Shown: in pieces, positions 1 through 13,508 of the stretch
Position numbering within the stretch: position 1 is the stretch's first letter
How the letters are laid out: every line of letters starts with the position of its first letter
DNA from: Ylistrum balloti
Lineage: Eukaryota
Assembly: GCF_031769215.1 (NCBI RefSeq)
Contig: NW_026782006.1
Location: forward strand, 908,070 to 972,069
DNA: 64,000 bases
Direction of reading: 5' to 3'
The notes under the pieces: model-generated
Database searches by the model: none
What the model saw: the letters and a program-made list of their open reading frames with translations, nothing else
Told to the model about the DNA's origin: nothing
Program-made: the position numbers and the translations under genes

Positions 1-1556
1 AGATTATACACACAAAGTGTCTACATCTCTCTCCACCCCCTCTATTAAGTAGGGGTGTGGGGACACTATAACAGATTATACACACAAAGTGTCTATATCT
101 CTCTCCACCCCCTCTATCAAGTAGGGGTGTGGGGACACTATGATAACAGAGATTATAGACACAAAGTGTCTATATCTCCCTCCACCCCCTCTATCAAGTA
201 GGGGTGTGGGGACACTATAATAACAGAGGTTATACACACAAAGTGTCTATATCTCTCTCCACCCCCTCTATCAAGTAGGGGTGTGGGGACACTATGATAA
301 CAGAGATTATACACACAAACTGTCTATATCTCTCTCCACCCCCTCTATCAAGTAGGGGTGTGGGGACACTATGATAATAGAGATTATACACACAAACTGT
401 CTATATCTCTCTCCACCCCCTCTATCAAGTAGGGGTGTGGGGACACTATAACAGATTATACACACAAAGTGTCTACATCTCTCTCCACCCCCTCTATTAA
501 GTAGGGGTGTGGGGACACTATGATAATAGAGATTATACACACAAACTGTCTATATCTCTCTCCACCCCCTCTATCAAGTAGGGGTGTGACACTATAACAG
601 ATTATACACACAAAGTGACACCCCCTCTATTAAGTAGGGGTGTGGGGACACTATAACAGATTATACACACAAAGTGTCTATATCTCTCTCCACCCCCTCT
701 ATCAAGTAGGTGTGTGGGGACACTATGATAACAGAGATTATACACACAAACTGTCTATATTTCCCTCCACCCCCTCTATTAAGTAGGGGTGTGGAGACAC
801 TATGATAACAGAGATTATACACACAAGGTGTCTATATCTCTCTCCACCCCCTCTATCAAGTAGGGGTGTGGGGACACTATGATAATAGAGATTATACACA
901 CAAAGTGTCTACATCTCTCTCCACCCCCTCTATCAAGTAGGGGTGTGGGGACACTATGATAACAGAGATTATACACACAAAGTGTCTATATCTCTCTCCA
1001 CCCCCTCTATCAAGTAGGGGTGTGGGGACACTATGATAATAGAGATTATACACACAAAGTGTCTACATCTCTCTCCACCCCCTCTATCAAGTAGGGGTGT
1101 GGGGACACTATGATAACAGAGATTATACACACAAAGTGTCTATATCTCTCTCCACCCCCTCTATCAAGTAGGGGTGTGGGGACACTATGATAACAGAGAT
1201 TATACACACAAAGTGTCTATATCTCTCTCCACCCCCTCTATCAAGTAGGTGTGTGGGGACACTATAACAGAGATTATACACACAAAGTGTCTATATCTCT
1301 CCACCCCATCTAGTAAGTAGGGGTGTGGGGACACTATAACAGATTATACACACAAAGTGTCTATATCTCTCTCCACCCCATCTATTAAGTAGGGGTGTGG
1401 GGACACTATGATAACAGAGGTTATACATACAAAGTGTCTATATCACTCTCCACCCCCTCTATTAAGTAGGGTGTGGAGACACTATGATAACAGAGATTAT
1501 ACACACAAAGTGTCTATATCTCCCTCCACCCCCTCTTATTTAGTAGGGGTGTGGGA
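1..1556. repeat. Minisatellite, 72/78-bp unit (agattatacacacaaagtgtctatatctctctccaccccctctatcaagtaggggtgtggggacactat[ga]taac), about 20 copies, truncated at window start
   Basis: Direct tandem periodicity; unit holds a C-tract/G-tract near-palindrome (ccccct...agggg). Confidence 0.95.
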
Positions 1557-2544
1557 TTACAAAATAAATATAGGATATTTAATAGTGTCTTCAGTAATAA
1601 CAAATTTTACTTTATATATTGCTACACACTTGTGAAAGATACCAAAATATTAGCCACACGAGTGAAATATATTTGTTATTTCTGAAGACACTATCAAATA
1701 TTCTGTTTATTACATTTTCATTGCAAAAATAAACCAAAAAAATGGCAAACTTACGATAACTATAAAATGGGTAAGTTGACCATGCTTTTTCCAGATACAA
1801 CTCACTCATTATACAACGATGTTGTGTGCGGCAAAAAACAGTCCATTTTATGAAAAATCAGTAAAAATATACAGACTCATGAATAAATCATAATGAATGT
1901 TTATTTGTGTTTGGACATGGATTTTGTAATTTATTGATGTCACTTATACACAATAAAATGGTTTAAACGTAAAGTATGGCGCCCTCCTAGTCGCTGTCAC
2001 TATCAATGACAAAGATAAGATTCTTTTAAATGCCTTGGTTCACTGTCAAGACTCTCAGAACCGGGATGGGTTTGACCACTGATAACATAGAGTAATTGGC
2101 TTGCATCGTCTGCTGACTGCCAAGAAAATGGAAATTTACGGTGGAGTTGAAGGTTGTGTTCCCAGTGCCTAGAATTGGAGTAGATTTGTATTGGGCTCTC
2201 TGATTATTCAATCCTCAAAGTGATATTTTTCACTAGTGAAAAATATAAAAAGGTTATATAGTGAAAAATATCACTTTCATCAGTTTGAGATATCCCTATA
2301 TTTCACTGCTAAAAATGTAATAATACCAAATCACATATCTAGTTGATAAGATTCAAGCTTTTATTGGATATACTCACCTTAGAAGGTATTGGTAATATTC
2401 TATCTTTGGAAAACTGTACCACAGGAGCCCTTCAAATCAAGAATGATGACCATTTAGAAATTATTTCAGGATTGACAATCCATTTTAACATCTATACAAC
2501 AAATTATTCAACAATTGTTTTATAACAAACATTGGAGTACACAT

Positions 2545-3213
2545 CATATAACTCCAGACTATGGTAGACAACATATAACTCAAGGTTATGGTAGACAACA
2601 TATAACTCCAGATTATGGTAGACAACATATAGCTCCAGGTTATTGCAGACAACATATAGCTCCAGGTTATGGTAGACAACATATAACTCCAGATTATGGT
2701 AGACAACATATAGCTCCAGGTTATGGCAGACAACATATCACTTCAGGCTATGGTAGACATGATTGAACTCCAGGTTATGATAGACAACATATAACTTAAG
2801 GATATGATAGACAACATAAAACTTCAGGTTATGGTAAACAACATATAACTCAATGTTATGGTAGACAACATATACCTCCACATATCTCCAGGTTATGGTA
2901 GACATCATTGAACTCCAGACTAAGATAGACAACATATAACTCCAGGTTATGGTAGACAACATATAACTCCAGGCTATGGTAAATAACATATAACTCCAGG
3001 TTATGGTAGACAACATATAACTCCAGGTTATGGTAGACAACATTGAACTCCAGGCTATGTTAGATAACATTTAACTCCAGGCTATGGTAGATAACATATA
3101 ACTCCAGGTTATGGTAGACAACATATAACTCCAGGTTATGGTAGACAACATATAACTCCAGGTTATGGTAGACAACATATAACTCCAGGTTATGGTAGAC
3201 AACATATAACTCT
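2545..3213. repeat. 27-bp minisatellite (ggtagacaacatataactccaggttat), copy 1
   Basis: Tandem periodicity of 27 bp; explains the YGRQHITPG / MLSTITWSY repeat ORFs. Confidence 0.95.
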
Positions 3214-3449
3214 AAGTTGAGACTAAGGTGTTTCACTTTGAAAGGTGGTGATTCAACATAATTTTACAGACCATGTATTTGGTCAGTCAAATTAATACCC
3301 CCTGGTCTTCTGAAAAAAAATAAGAGCAAATTTGTCCAGGATATGCCTAATTTATAAACATGAGAAGTTTGCAAAATATTTTCAGAGTAATATATATCAC
3401 ATTTGTAACATCAAATAGTGCTAATTTACTTGATTAAACATTAAATGAT

Positions 3450-6440
3450 GTAACAATCTAACATCTGATGCTGTAGTACTTACTTATACTGCTCTGACTG
3501 TACACAATCTTACATCTGATGCTGTAGTACTGCTCTGACTGTACACAATCTAACATCTGATGCTGTAGTACTTACTTATACTGCTCTGACTGTACACAAT
3601 CTAACATCTGATGCTGTAGTACTTACTTATACTGCTCTGACTGTACACAATCTAACATCTGATGCTGTAGTACTTACTTATACTGCTCTGACTGTACACA
3701 ATCTAACATCTGATGCTGTAGTACTGCTCTGACTGTACACAATCTAACATCTGATGCTGTAGTACTTACTTATACTGCTCTGACTGTACACAATCTAACA
3801 TCTGATGTACTTACTTATACTGCTCTGACTGTGCTGTAGTACTGCTCTGACTGTACACAATCTAACATCTGATGCTGTAGTACTGCTCTGACTGTACACA
3901 ATCTAACATCTGATGCTGTAGTACTTACTTATACTGCTCTGACTGTACACAATCTAACATCTGATGCTGTAGTACTTACTTATACTGCTCTGACTGTACA
4001 CAATCTAACAACATCTGATGCTGTAGTACTTACTTATACTGCTCTGACTGTACACAATCTAACATCTGATCTGACTGACACAATCTAACACTGATTATAC
4101 TGCTCTGACTGTACACAATCTAACATCTGATGCTGTAGTACTTACTTATACTGCTCTGACTGTACACAATCTAACATCTGATGCTGTAGTACTTACTTAT
4201 ACTGCTCTGACTGTACACAATCTAACATCTGATGCTGTAGTACTTACTTATACTGCTCTGACTGTACACAATCTAACATCTGATGCTGTAGTACTTACTT
4301 ATACTGCTCTGACTGTACACAATCTAACATCTGATGCTGTAGTACTTACTTATACTGCTCTGACTGTAAACAATCTAACATCTGATGCTGTAGTACTTAC
4401 TTATACTGCTCTGACTGTACACAATCTAACATCTGATGCTGTAGTACTGCTCTGACTGTACACAATCTAACATCTGATGCTGTAGTACTGCTCTGACTGT
4501 ACACAATCTAACATCTGATGCTGTAGTACTGCTCTGACTGTACACAATCTAACATCTGATGCTGTAGTACTGCTCTGACTGTACACAATCTAACATCTGA
4601 TGCTGTAGTACTTACTTATACTGCTCTGACTGTACACAATCTAACATCTGATGCTGTAGTACTGCTCTGACTGTACACAATCTAACATCTGATGCTGTAG
4701 TACTGCTCTGACTGTACACAATCTAACATCTGATGCTGTAGTACTTACTTATACTGCTCTGACTGTACACAATCTAACATCTGATGCTGTAGTACTGCTC
4801 TGACTGTACACAATCTAACATCTGATGCTGTAGTACTTACTTATACTGCTCTGACTGTACACAATCTAACATCTGATGCTGTAGTACTTACTTATACTGC
4901 TCTGACTGTACACAATCTAACATCTGATGCTGTAGTACTTACTTATACTGCTCTGACTGTACACAATCTAACATCTGATGCTGTAGTACTTACTTATACT
5001 GCTCTGACTGTACACAATCTAACATCTGATGCTGTAGTACTTACTTATACTGCTCTGACTGTACACAATCTAACATCTGATGCTGTAGTACTTACTTATA
5101 CTGCTCTGACTGTACACAATCTAACATCTGATGCTGTAGTACTTACTTATACTGCTCTGACTGTAGTAACAATCTGTACACAACTAACATCTATGCTGTA
5201 GTACTTACTACTGCTGTATCTAACATCTGATGCTGTAGTACTTACTTATACTGCTCTGACTGTACACAATCTAACATCTGATGCTGTAGTACTGCTCTGA
5301 CTGTACACAATCTAACATCTGATGCTGTAGTACTTACTTATACTGCTCTGACTGTAAACAATCTAACATCTGATGCTGTAGTACTTACTTATACTGCTCT
5401 GACTGTACACAATCTAACATCTGATGCTGTAGTACTTACTTATACTGCTCTGACTGTAAACAATCTAACATCTGATGCTGTAGTACTGCTCTGACTGTAC
5501 ACAATCTAACATCTGATGCTGTAGTACTTACTTATACTGCTCTGACTGTACACAATCTAACATCTGATGCTGTAGTACTTACTTATACTGCTCTGACTGT
5601 ACACAATCTAACATCTGATGCTGTAGTACTTACTTATACTGCTCTGACTGTACACAATCTAACATCTGATGCTGTAGTACTGCTCTGACTGTAAACAATC
5701 TAACATCTGATGCTGTAGTACTTACTTATACTGCTCTGACTGTACACAATCTAACATCTGATGCTGTAGTACTGCTCTGACTGTAAACAATCTAACATCT
5801 GATGCTGTAGTACTTACTTATACTGCTCTGACTGTACACAATCTAACATCTGATGCTGTAGTACTGCTCTGACTGTAAACAATCTAACATCTGATGCTGT
5901 AGTACTTACTTATACTGCTCTGACTGTACACAATCTAACATCTGATGCTGTAGTACTTACTTATACTGCTCTGACTGTACACAATCTAACATCTGATGCT
6001 GTAGTACTGCTCTGACTGTAAACAATCTAACATCTGATGCTGTAGTACTTACTTATACTGCTCTGACTGTACACAATCTAATATCTGATGCTGTAGTACT
6101 GCTCTGACTGTAAACAATCTAACATCTGATGCTGTAGTACTTACTTATACTGCTCTGACTGTACACAATCTAACATCTGATGCTGTAGTACTGCTCTGAC
6201 TGTAAACAATCTAACATCTGATGCTGTAATACTGCTCTGACTGTACACAATCTAACATCTGATGCTGTAGTACTGCTCTGACTGTACACAATCTAACATC
6301 TGATGCTGTAGTACTGCTCTGACTGTAAACAATCTAACATCTGATGCTGTAGTACTTACTTATACTGCTCTGACTGTAAACAATCTAACATCTGATGCTG
6401 TAGTACTTACTTGTACTGCTCTAACTGTAAACAATCTAAC
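3450..6440. repeat. 51/42-bp minisatellite (ctaacatctgatgctgtagtac[ttacttata]ctgctctgactgta[c/a]acaat), copy 1
   Basis: Tandem periodicity; long and short units differ by a 9-bp indel. Confidence 0.95.
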
Positions 6441-7425
6441 ACCTCATACTGGTCTTCTACTTCACAACTCATTTCCAAGGCCAATTCCTCCTCCACTTCT
6501 CTATCCAATTCTGAAGACTTGATTAGAATTTGATATTAATCAGAGCTGTATCAAGCAGAAGTTTTTGTCAGATATTGTTAAGAAATCATTCCCTTATCAG
6601 CATAACCCTTGTCAAAAGTCTTAAGAAATGTGGTTTTCCTCATCTTTGAATTATGGGACCAGTATGAATTTCCAGGTGATAAAATTGACTGTCAATGAAA
6701 AAAATCCTTCATCTTAATTTCTCAATCTATTAACCTGTTTGAAAGTGTTGTTTTCTAATATGATAAACACTAGCAGTGATCAACAGTTGGGATATTAGGG
6801 TATTTTATGTAAATATACTAAATTTGTGTGATCAAATTTTAGTGCATCATTACTCTGGCAAATTAGTACGTTGATGAGCTTGTGTATCCATAGTCAAGAT
6901 CAACATGGAAAACTGGAAAAAATATCAGCTAATCAGGTCACACCAGCCTCATTAAATATGCACAGAATTTGCCAATAATCACACTTTAACAAGAGATTAA
7001 GGTAACAAGTCTACCAACCAAGCCTCCTCATAATTCATTTGTTCCTACAAAAGATAACATGTGGAAAGCATTCAGTTAGAGTGTCACAAAATATCAGCCA
7101 ATCAGGTCACAGCAGTCTCATCAAGTATGCATAGAGTTTGCAGATACTCAAACCTGAAGAAGGAATTAATGTAATAAGTCTATAAAGCAAGTTTCCTAAA
7201 AATTCTTATCATTTCTTCTTAAGATAAGGTGCAGAAAGATTTCCCATAGAGTGATTAAAGAAATCAACCAAGTCACAGCAGCCTCATTAAATATGAGCAG
7301 AATTCACCGTTAGTCAAAATTGGGAGAGGGATTAAGGTAACAAGTGAACCAACCAAGTTTCTTCAAAATTCTACCAGTCCTTCTAAAAATATCGTGTGGA
7401 GAGAAATTAAAGAAAACACTCAATC

Positions 7426-7798
7426 AGGTCACAGCAGCCTCATTATCTCAATCAGGTCACAGCAGTCTCATTATCTCAATCAGGTCACAGTAGCCTCATT
7501 ATCTCAATCAGTTCACAGCAGCCTCATTATCTCAATCAGGTCACAGCAGCCTCATTATCTCAATCAGGTCACAGCAGCCTCATTATCTCAATCAGGTCAC
7601 AGCAGCCTCATTATCTCAATCAGGTCACAGTAGCCTCATTATCTCAATCAGGTCACAGCAGCCTCATTATCTCAATCAGGTCACAGCAGCCTCATTTTTC
7701 AATCAGGTCACAGTAGCCTCATTATCTCAATCAGGTCACAGCAGCCTCATTATCTCAATCAGGTCACAGTAGCCTCATTATCTCAATCAGGTCACAGT
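7426..7798. repeat. 28-bp minisatellite (caggtcacagcagcctcattatctcaat), copy 1
   Basis: Tandem periodicity; derived from a motif inside spacer C. Confidence 0.95.
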
Positions 7799-8017
7799 AC
7801 CAAATCACATATCTAGTTGATAAGATTCAAGCTTTTATTGGATATACTCACCTTAGAAGGTATTGGTAATATTCTATCTTTGGAAAACTGTACCACAGGA
7901 GCCCTTCAAATCAAGAATGATGACCATTTAGAAATTATTTCAGGATTGACAATCCATTTTAACATCTATACAACAAATTATTCAACAATTGTTTTATAAC
8001 AAACATTGGAGTACACA

Positions 8018-9307
8018 TCATATAACTCCAGACTATTGTAGACAACATATAACTCAAGGTTATGGTAGACAACATATAACTCCAGATTATGGTAGACAAC
8101 ATATAGCTCCAGGTTATTGCAGACAACATATAGCTCCAGGTTATGGTAGACAACATATAACTCCAGATTATGGTAGACAACATATAACTTCAGGCTATAG
8201 TAGACAACATATAACTCCAGGTTATGGTAGACAACATATAACTCCAGGTTATGGTAGACAACATATAGCTCCAGGTTATTGCAGACAACATATAACTCAA
8301 GGTTATGGTAGACAACATATAACTCCAGGTTATGGTAGACAACATATATCTCCAGACTATGATAGACAACATATAACTCCAGGTTATGGTAGACAACACA
8401 TAACTTCAGGCTATGAAAGACAACATATACCTCCAGACTATGATAGACAACATATAACTCCAGGTTATGGTAGACAACATATAACTCCAGGTTATGGTAG
8501 ACAACATATAGCTCCAGGTTATTGCAGACAACATATAACTCAAGGTTATGGTAGAAAACATATAACTCCAGGTTATGGTAGACAACATATAGCTCCAGAC
8601 TATGATAGACAACATATAACTCCAGGTTATGGTAGACAACATATAACTTCAGGCTATGGTAGACATCAATGAACTCCAGGCTATGGTAGACAACATATAC
8701 CTCCAGGTTATGGTAGACAACATATAACTCCAGGTTATGGAAGACAACATATAACTCCAGGTTACGGTAGACAACATATAACTCAAGGTTATGGTAGACA
8801 ACATATAGCTCCAGGTTATGGTAGACATCATTGAACTCCAGACTATGGTAGACAACATATAACTCAATGTTATGGTAGACAACATATACCTCCACATATC
8901 TCCAGGTTATGGTAGACATCATTGAACTCCAGACTAAGATAAGACAACATATAACTCCAGGTTATGGTAGACAACATATAACTCCAGGTTATGGTAGACA
9001 ACATATAACTCCAGGCTATGGTAGATAACATATAACTCCAGGTTATGGTAGACAACATATAACTCCAGGTTATGGTAGACAACATTGAACTCCAGGTTAT
9101 GGTAGACAACATTGAACTCCAGGCTATGGTAGATAACATATAACTCAAGGTTATGGTAGACAACATATAACTCCAGGTTATGGTAGACAACATATAACTC
9201 CAGGTTATGGTAGACAACATATAACTCCAGGTTATGGTAGACAACATATAACTCCAGGTTATGGTAGACAACATATAACTCCAGGTTATGGTAGACAACA
9301 TATAACT
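8018..9307. repeat. 27-bp minisatellite, copy 2 (about 48 units)
   Basis: Same unit as 2545-3213. Confidence 0.95.
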
Positions 9308-9549
9308 CTAGGTTGAGACTAAGGTGTTTCACTTTGAAAGGTGGTGATTCAACATAATTTTACAGACCATGTATTTGGTCAGTCAAATTAATACCCCCTG
9401 GTCTTCTGAAAAAAAATAAGAGCAAATTTGTCTAGGATATGCCTAATTTATAAACATGAGAAGTTTGCAAAATATTTTCAGAGTAATATATATCACATTT
9501 GTAACATCAAATAGTGCTAATTTGCTTGATTAAACATTAAATTATGTAA

Positions 9550-11565
9550 CAATCTAACATCTGATGCTGTAGTACTTACTTATACTGCTCTGACTGTAAA
9601 CAATCTAACATCTGATGCTGTAGTACTTACTTATACTGCTCTGACTGTAAACAATCTAACATCTGATGCTGTAGTACTGCTCTGACTGTAAACAATCTAA
9701 CATCTGATGCTGTAGTACTTACTTATACTGCTCTGACTGTAAACAATCTAACATCTGATGCTGTAGTACTTACTTATACTGCTCTGACTGTACACAATCT
9801 AACATCTGATGCTGTAGTACTTACTTATACTGCTCTGACTGTAAACAATCTAACATCTGATGCTGTAGTACTTACTTATACTGCTCTGACTGTAAACAAT
9901 CTAACATCTGATGCTGTAGTACTTACTTATACTGCTCTGACTGTACAGATGTACACAATCTAACATCTGATGCTGTAGTACTTACTTATACTGTTCTGAC
10001 TGTACACAATCTAACATCTGATGCTGTAGTACTTACTTATACTGCTCTGACTGTACACAATCTAACATCTGATGCTGTAGTACTTACTTATACTGCTCTG
10101 ACTGTACACAATCTAACATCTGATGCTGTAGTACTGCTCTGACTGTAAACAATCTAACATCTGATGCTGTAGTACTGCTCTGACTGTACACAATCTAACA
10201 TCTGATGCTGTAGTACTTACTTATACTGCTCTGACTGTACACAATCTAACATCTGATGCTGTAGTACTTACTTATACTGCTCTGACTGTACACAATCTAA
10301 CATCTGATGCTGTAGTACTGCTCTGACTGTACACAATCTAACATCTGAAGCTCTAGTACTTACATATACTGCTCTGACTGTACACAATCTAACATCTGAT
10401 GCTGTAGTACTTACTTATACTGCTCTGACTGTACACAATCTAACATCTGATGCTGTAGTACTGCTCTGACTGTAAACAATCTAACATCTGATGCTGTAAT
10501 ACTGCTCTGACTGTACACAATCTAACATCTGATGCTGTAGTACTTACTTATACTGCTCTGACTGTACACAATCTAACATCTGATGCTGTATTACTGCTCT
10601 GACTGTAAACAATCTAACATCTGATGCTGTAGTACTTACTTATACTGCTCTGACTGTACACAATCTAACATCTGATGCTGTAGTACTGCTCTGACTGTAA
10701 ACAATCTAACATCTGATGCTGTAGTACTGCTCTGACTGTAAACAATCTAACATCTGATGCTGTAGTACTGCTCTGACTGTACACAATCTAACATCTGATG
10801 CTGTAGTACTGCTCTGACTGTACACAATCTAACATCTGATGCTGTAGTACTGCTCTAGTACTGCTCTGACTGTACACAATCTAACATCTGATGCTGTAGT
10901 ACTGCTCTGACTGTAAATAATCTAACATCTGATGCTGTAGTACTTACTTATACTGCTCTGACTGTACACAATCTAACATCTGATGTACTTACTTATACTG
11001 CTCTGACTGTACACAATCTAACATCTACAAATTATACTGCTCTGACTGTACACAATCTAACATCTGATGCTGTAGTACTGCTCTGACTGTACACAATCTA
11101 ACAACAGAGTACTGCTCTGACTGTAAACAATCTAACATCTGATGCTGTAGTACTGCTCTGACTGTACACAATCTAACATCTGATGCTGTAGTACTGCTCT
11201 GACTGTACACAATCTAACATCTGATGCTGTAGTACTTACTTATACTGCTCTGACTGTACACAATCTAACATCTGATGCTGTAGACTTACTTATACTGCTC
11301 TGACTGTACACAATCTAACATCTGATGCTGTAGTACTGCTCTGACTGTAAACAATCTAACATCTGATGCTGTAGTACTTACTTATACTGCTCTGACTGTA
11401 AACAATCTAACATCTGATGCTGTAGTACTGCTCTGACTGTACACAATCTAACATCTGATGCTGTAGTACTTACTTATACTGCTCTGACTGTAAACAATCT
11501 AACATCTGATGCTGTAGTACTTACTTGTACTGCTCTAACTGTAAACAATCTAACACCTCATACTG
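9550..11565. repeat. 51/42-bp minisatellite, copy 2
   Basis: Same unit. Confidence 0.95.
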
Positions 11566-12545
11566 GTCTTCTACTTCACAACTCATTTCCAAGGCCAATT
11601 CCTCCTGTCCCTTCTCTATCCAATTCTGAAGACTTGATTAGAATTTGATATTAATCAGAGCTGTATCAAGCAGAAGTTTTTGTCAGATATTGTTAAGAAA
11701 TCATTCCCTTATCAGCATAACCCTTGTCAAAAGTCTTAAGAAATGTGGTTTTCCTCATCTTTGAATTATGGGACCAGTATGAATTTCCAGGTGATAAAAT
11801 TGACTGTCAATGAAAAAAATCCTTCATCTTAATTTCTCAATCTATTAACCTGTTTGAAAGTGTTGTTTTCTAATATGATAAACACTAGCAGTGATCAACA
11901 GTTGGGATATTAGGGTATTTTATGTAAATATACTAAATTTGTGTGATCAAATTTTAGTGCATCATTACTCTGGCAAATTAGTACGTTGATGAGCTTGTGT
12001 ATCCATAGTCAAGATCAACATGGAAAACTGGAAAAAATATCAGCTAATCAGGTCACACCAGCCTCATTAAATATGCACAGAATTTGCCAATAATCACACT
12101 TTAACAAGAGATTAAGGTAACAAGTCTACCAACCAAGCCTCCTCATAATTCATTTGTTCCTACAAAAGATAACATGTGGAAAGCATTCAGTTAGAGTGTC
12201 ACAAAATATCAGCCAATCAGGTCACAGCAGTCTCATCAAGTATGCATAGAGTTTGCAGATACTCAAACCTGAAGAAGGAATTAATGTAATAAGTCTATAA
12301 AGCAAGTTTCCTAAAAATTCTTATCATTTCTTCTTAAGATAAGGTGCAGAAAGATTTCCCATAGAGTGATTAAAGAAATCAACCAAGTCACAGCAGCCTC
12401 ATTAAATATGAGCAGAATTCACCGTATGTCAAAATTGGGAGAGGGATTAAGGTAACAAGTGAACCAACCAAGTTTCTTCAAAATTCTACCAGTCCTTCTA
12501 AAAATATCGAGTGGAGAGAAATTAAAGAAAACACTCAATCAGGTC

Positions 12546-12864
12546 ACAGCAGCCTCATTATCTCAATCAGGTCACACATTATCTCAATCATCACAGTAGC
12601 CTCATTATCTCAATCAGTTCACAGCAGCCTCATTATCTCAATCAGGTCACAGCAGCCTCATTATCTCAATCAGGTCACAGCAGCCTCATTATCTCAATCA
12701 GGTCACAGTCATTATCTCAATCAGGTCACAAGTAGCCTCATTATCTCAATACAGGTCACAGCAGCCTCATTATCTCAATCAGGTCACAGTACACATTATC
12801 TCAATCAGGTCACAGTAGCCTCATTATCTCAATCAGGTCACACATATCTCAATCAGGTCACTGT
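12546..12864. repeat. 28-bp minisatellite, copy 2
   Basis: Same unit. Confidence 0.9.
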
Positions 12865-13086
12865 ACCAAATCACATATCTAGTTGATAAGATTCAAGCTT
12901 TTATTGGATATACTCACCTTAGAAGGTATTGGTAATATTCTATCTTTGGAAAACTGTACCACAGGAGCCCTTCAAATCAAGAATGATGACCATTTAGAAA
13001 TTATTTCAGGATTGACAATCCATTTTAACATCTATACAACAAATTATTCAACAATTGTTTTATAACAAACATTGGAGTACACATCA

Positions 13087-13508
13087 TATAACTCCAGACT
13101 GTAGACAACATATAACTCTGAGGTTATAGTAGACAACATATAACTCCAGATTATGGTAGACAACATATAGCTCCAGGTTATTGCAGACAACATATAGCTC
13201 CAGGTTATGGTAGACAACATATAACTCCAGATTATGGTAGACAACATATAACTTCAGGCTATGATAGACAACATATAACTCCAGGTTATGGTAGACAACA
13301 TATAGCTCCAGGTTATTGCAGACAACATATAACTCAAGGTTATGGTAGACAACATATAACTCCAGGTTATGGTAGACAACATATACTCCAGACTATGTAG
13401 ACAACATATAACTCAGGTTATGGTAGACAACATATAACTCCAGGTTATGGTAGACAACTGTAGTACAACATTAACTCCAGGTTATGGTAGACAACATATA
13501 ACTCTTAT
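13087..13508. repeat. 27-bp minisatellite, copy 3, degenerate with many small indels
   Basis: Same unit but decayed; runs directly into the 51-bp array with spacer B missing. Confidence 0.8.

Noticed and set aside
1-1556. Intramolecular G-quadruplex in every unit of the first array
   Set aside because: Only two G4 tracts per unit, separated from the next pair by more than 60 nt. A canonical four-tract G4 per unit is not supported, so only the hairpin/near-palindrome is retained.
2343-2525. 60-aa ORF MIRFKLLLDILTLEG… present in three identical copies (2343, 7817, 12883)
   Set aside because: Identity comes from the recent 5-kb tandem triplication (spacer A), not selection. No splice or start context.
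7978-9332. Long ORFs on both strands (314 aa ELYVVYHNL…, 227 aa GYGRQHITP…, MLSTITWSY…) inside the 27-bp array, and similar ORFs at 2485-3070, 18963-19508, 25174-25474, 27230-27909, 30763-31200, 35028-35825, 39383-39994, 58114-58338 and 63536-63987
   Set aside because: All lie inside tandem arrays whose unit length is a multiple of 3 or simply lacks stop codons. The periodic peptides are an artefact of the repeat, not genes.
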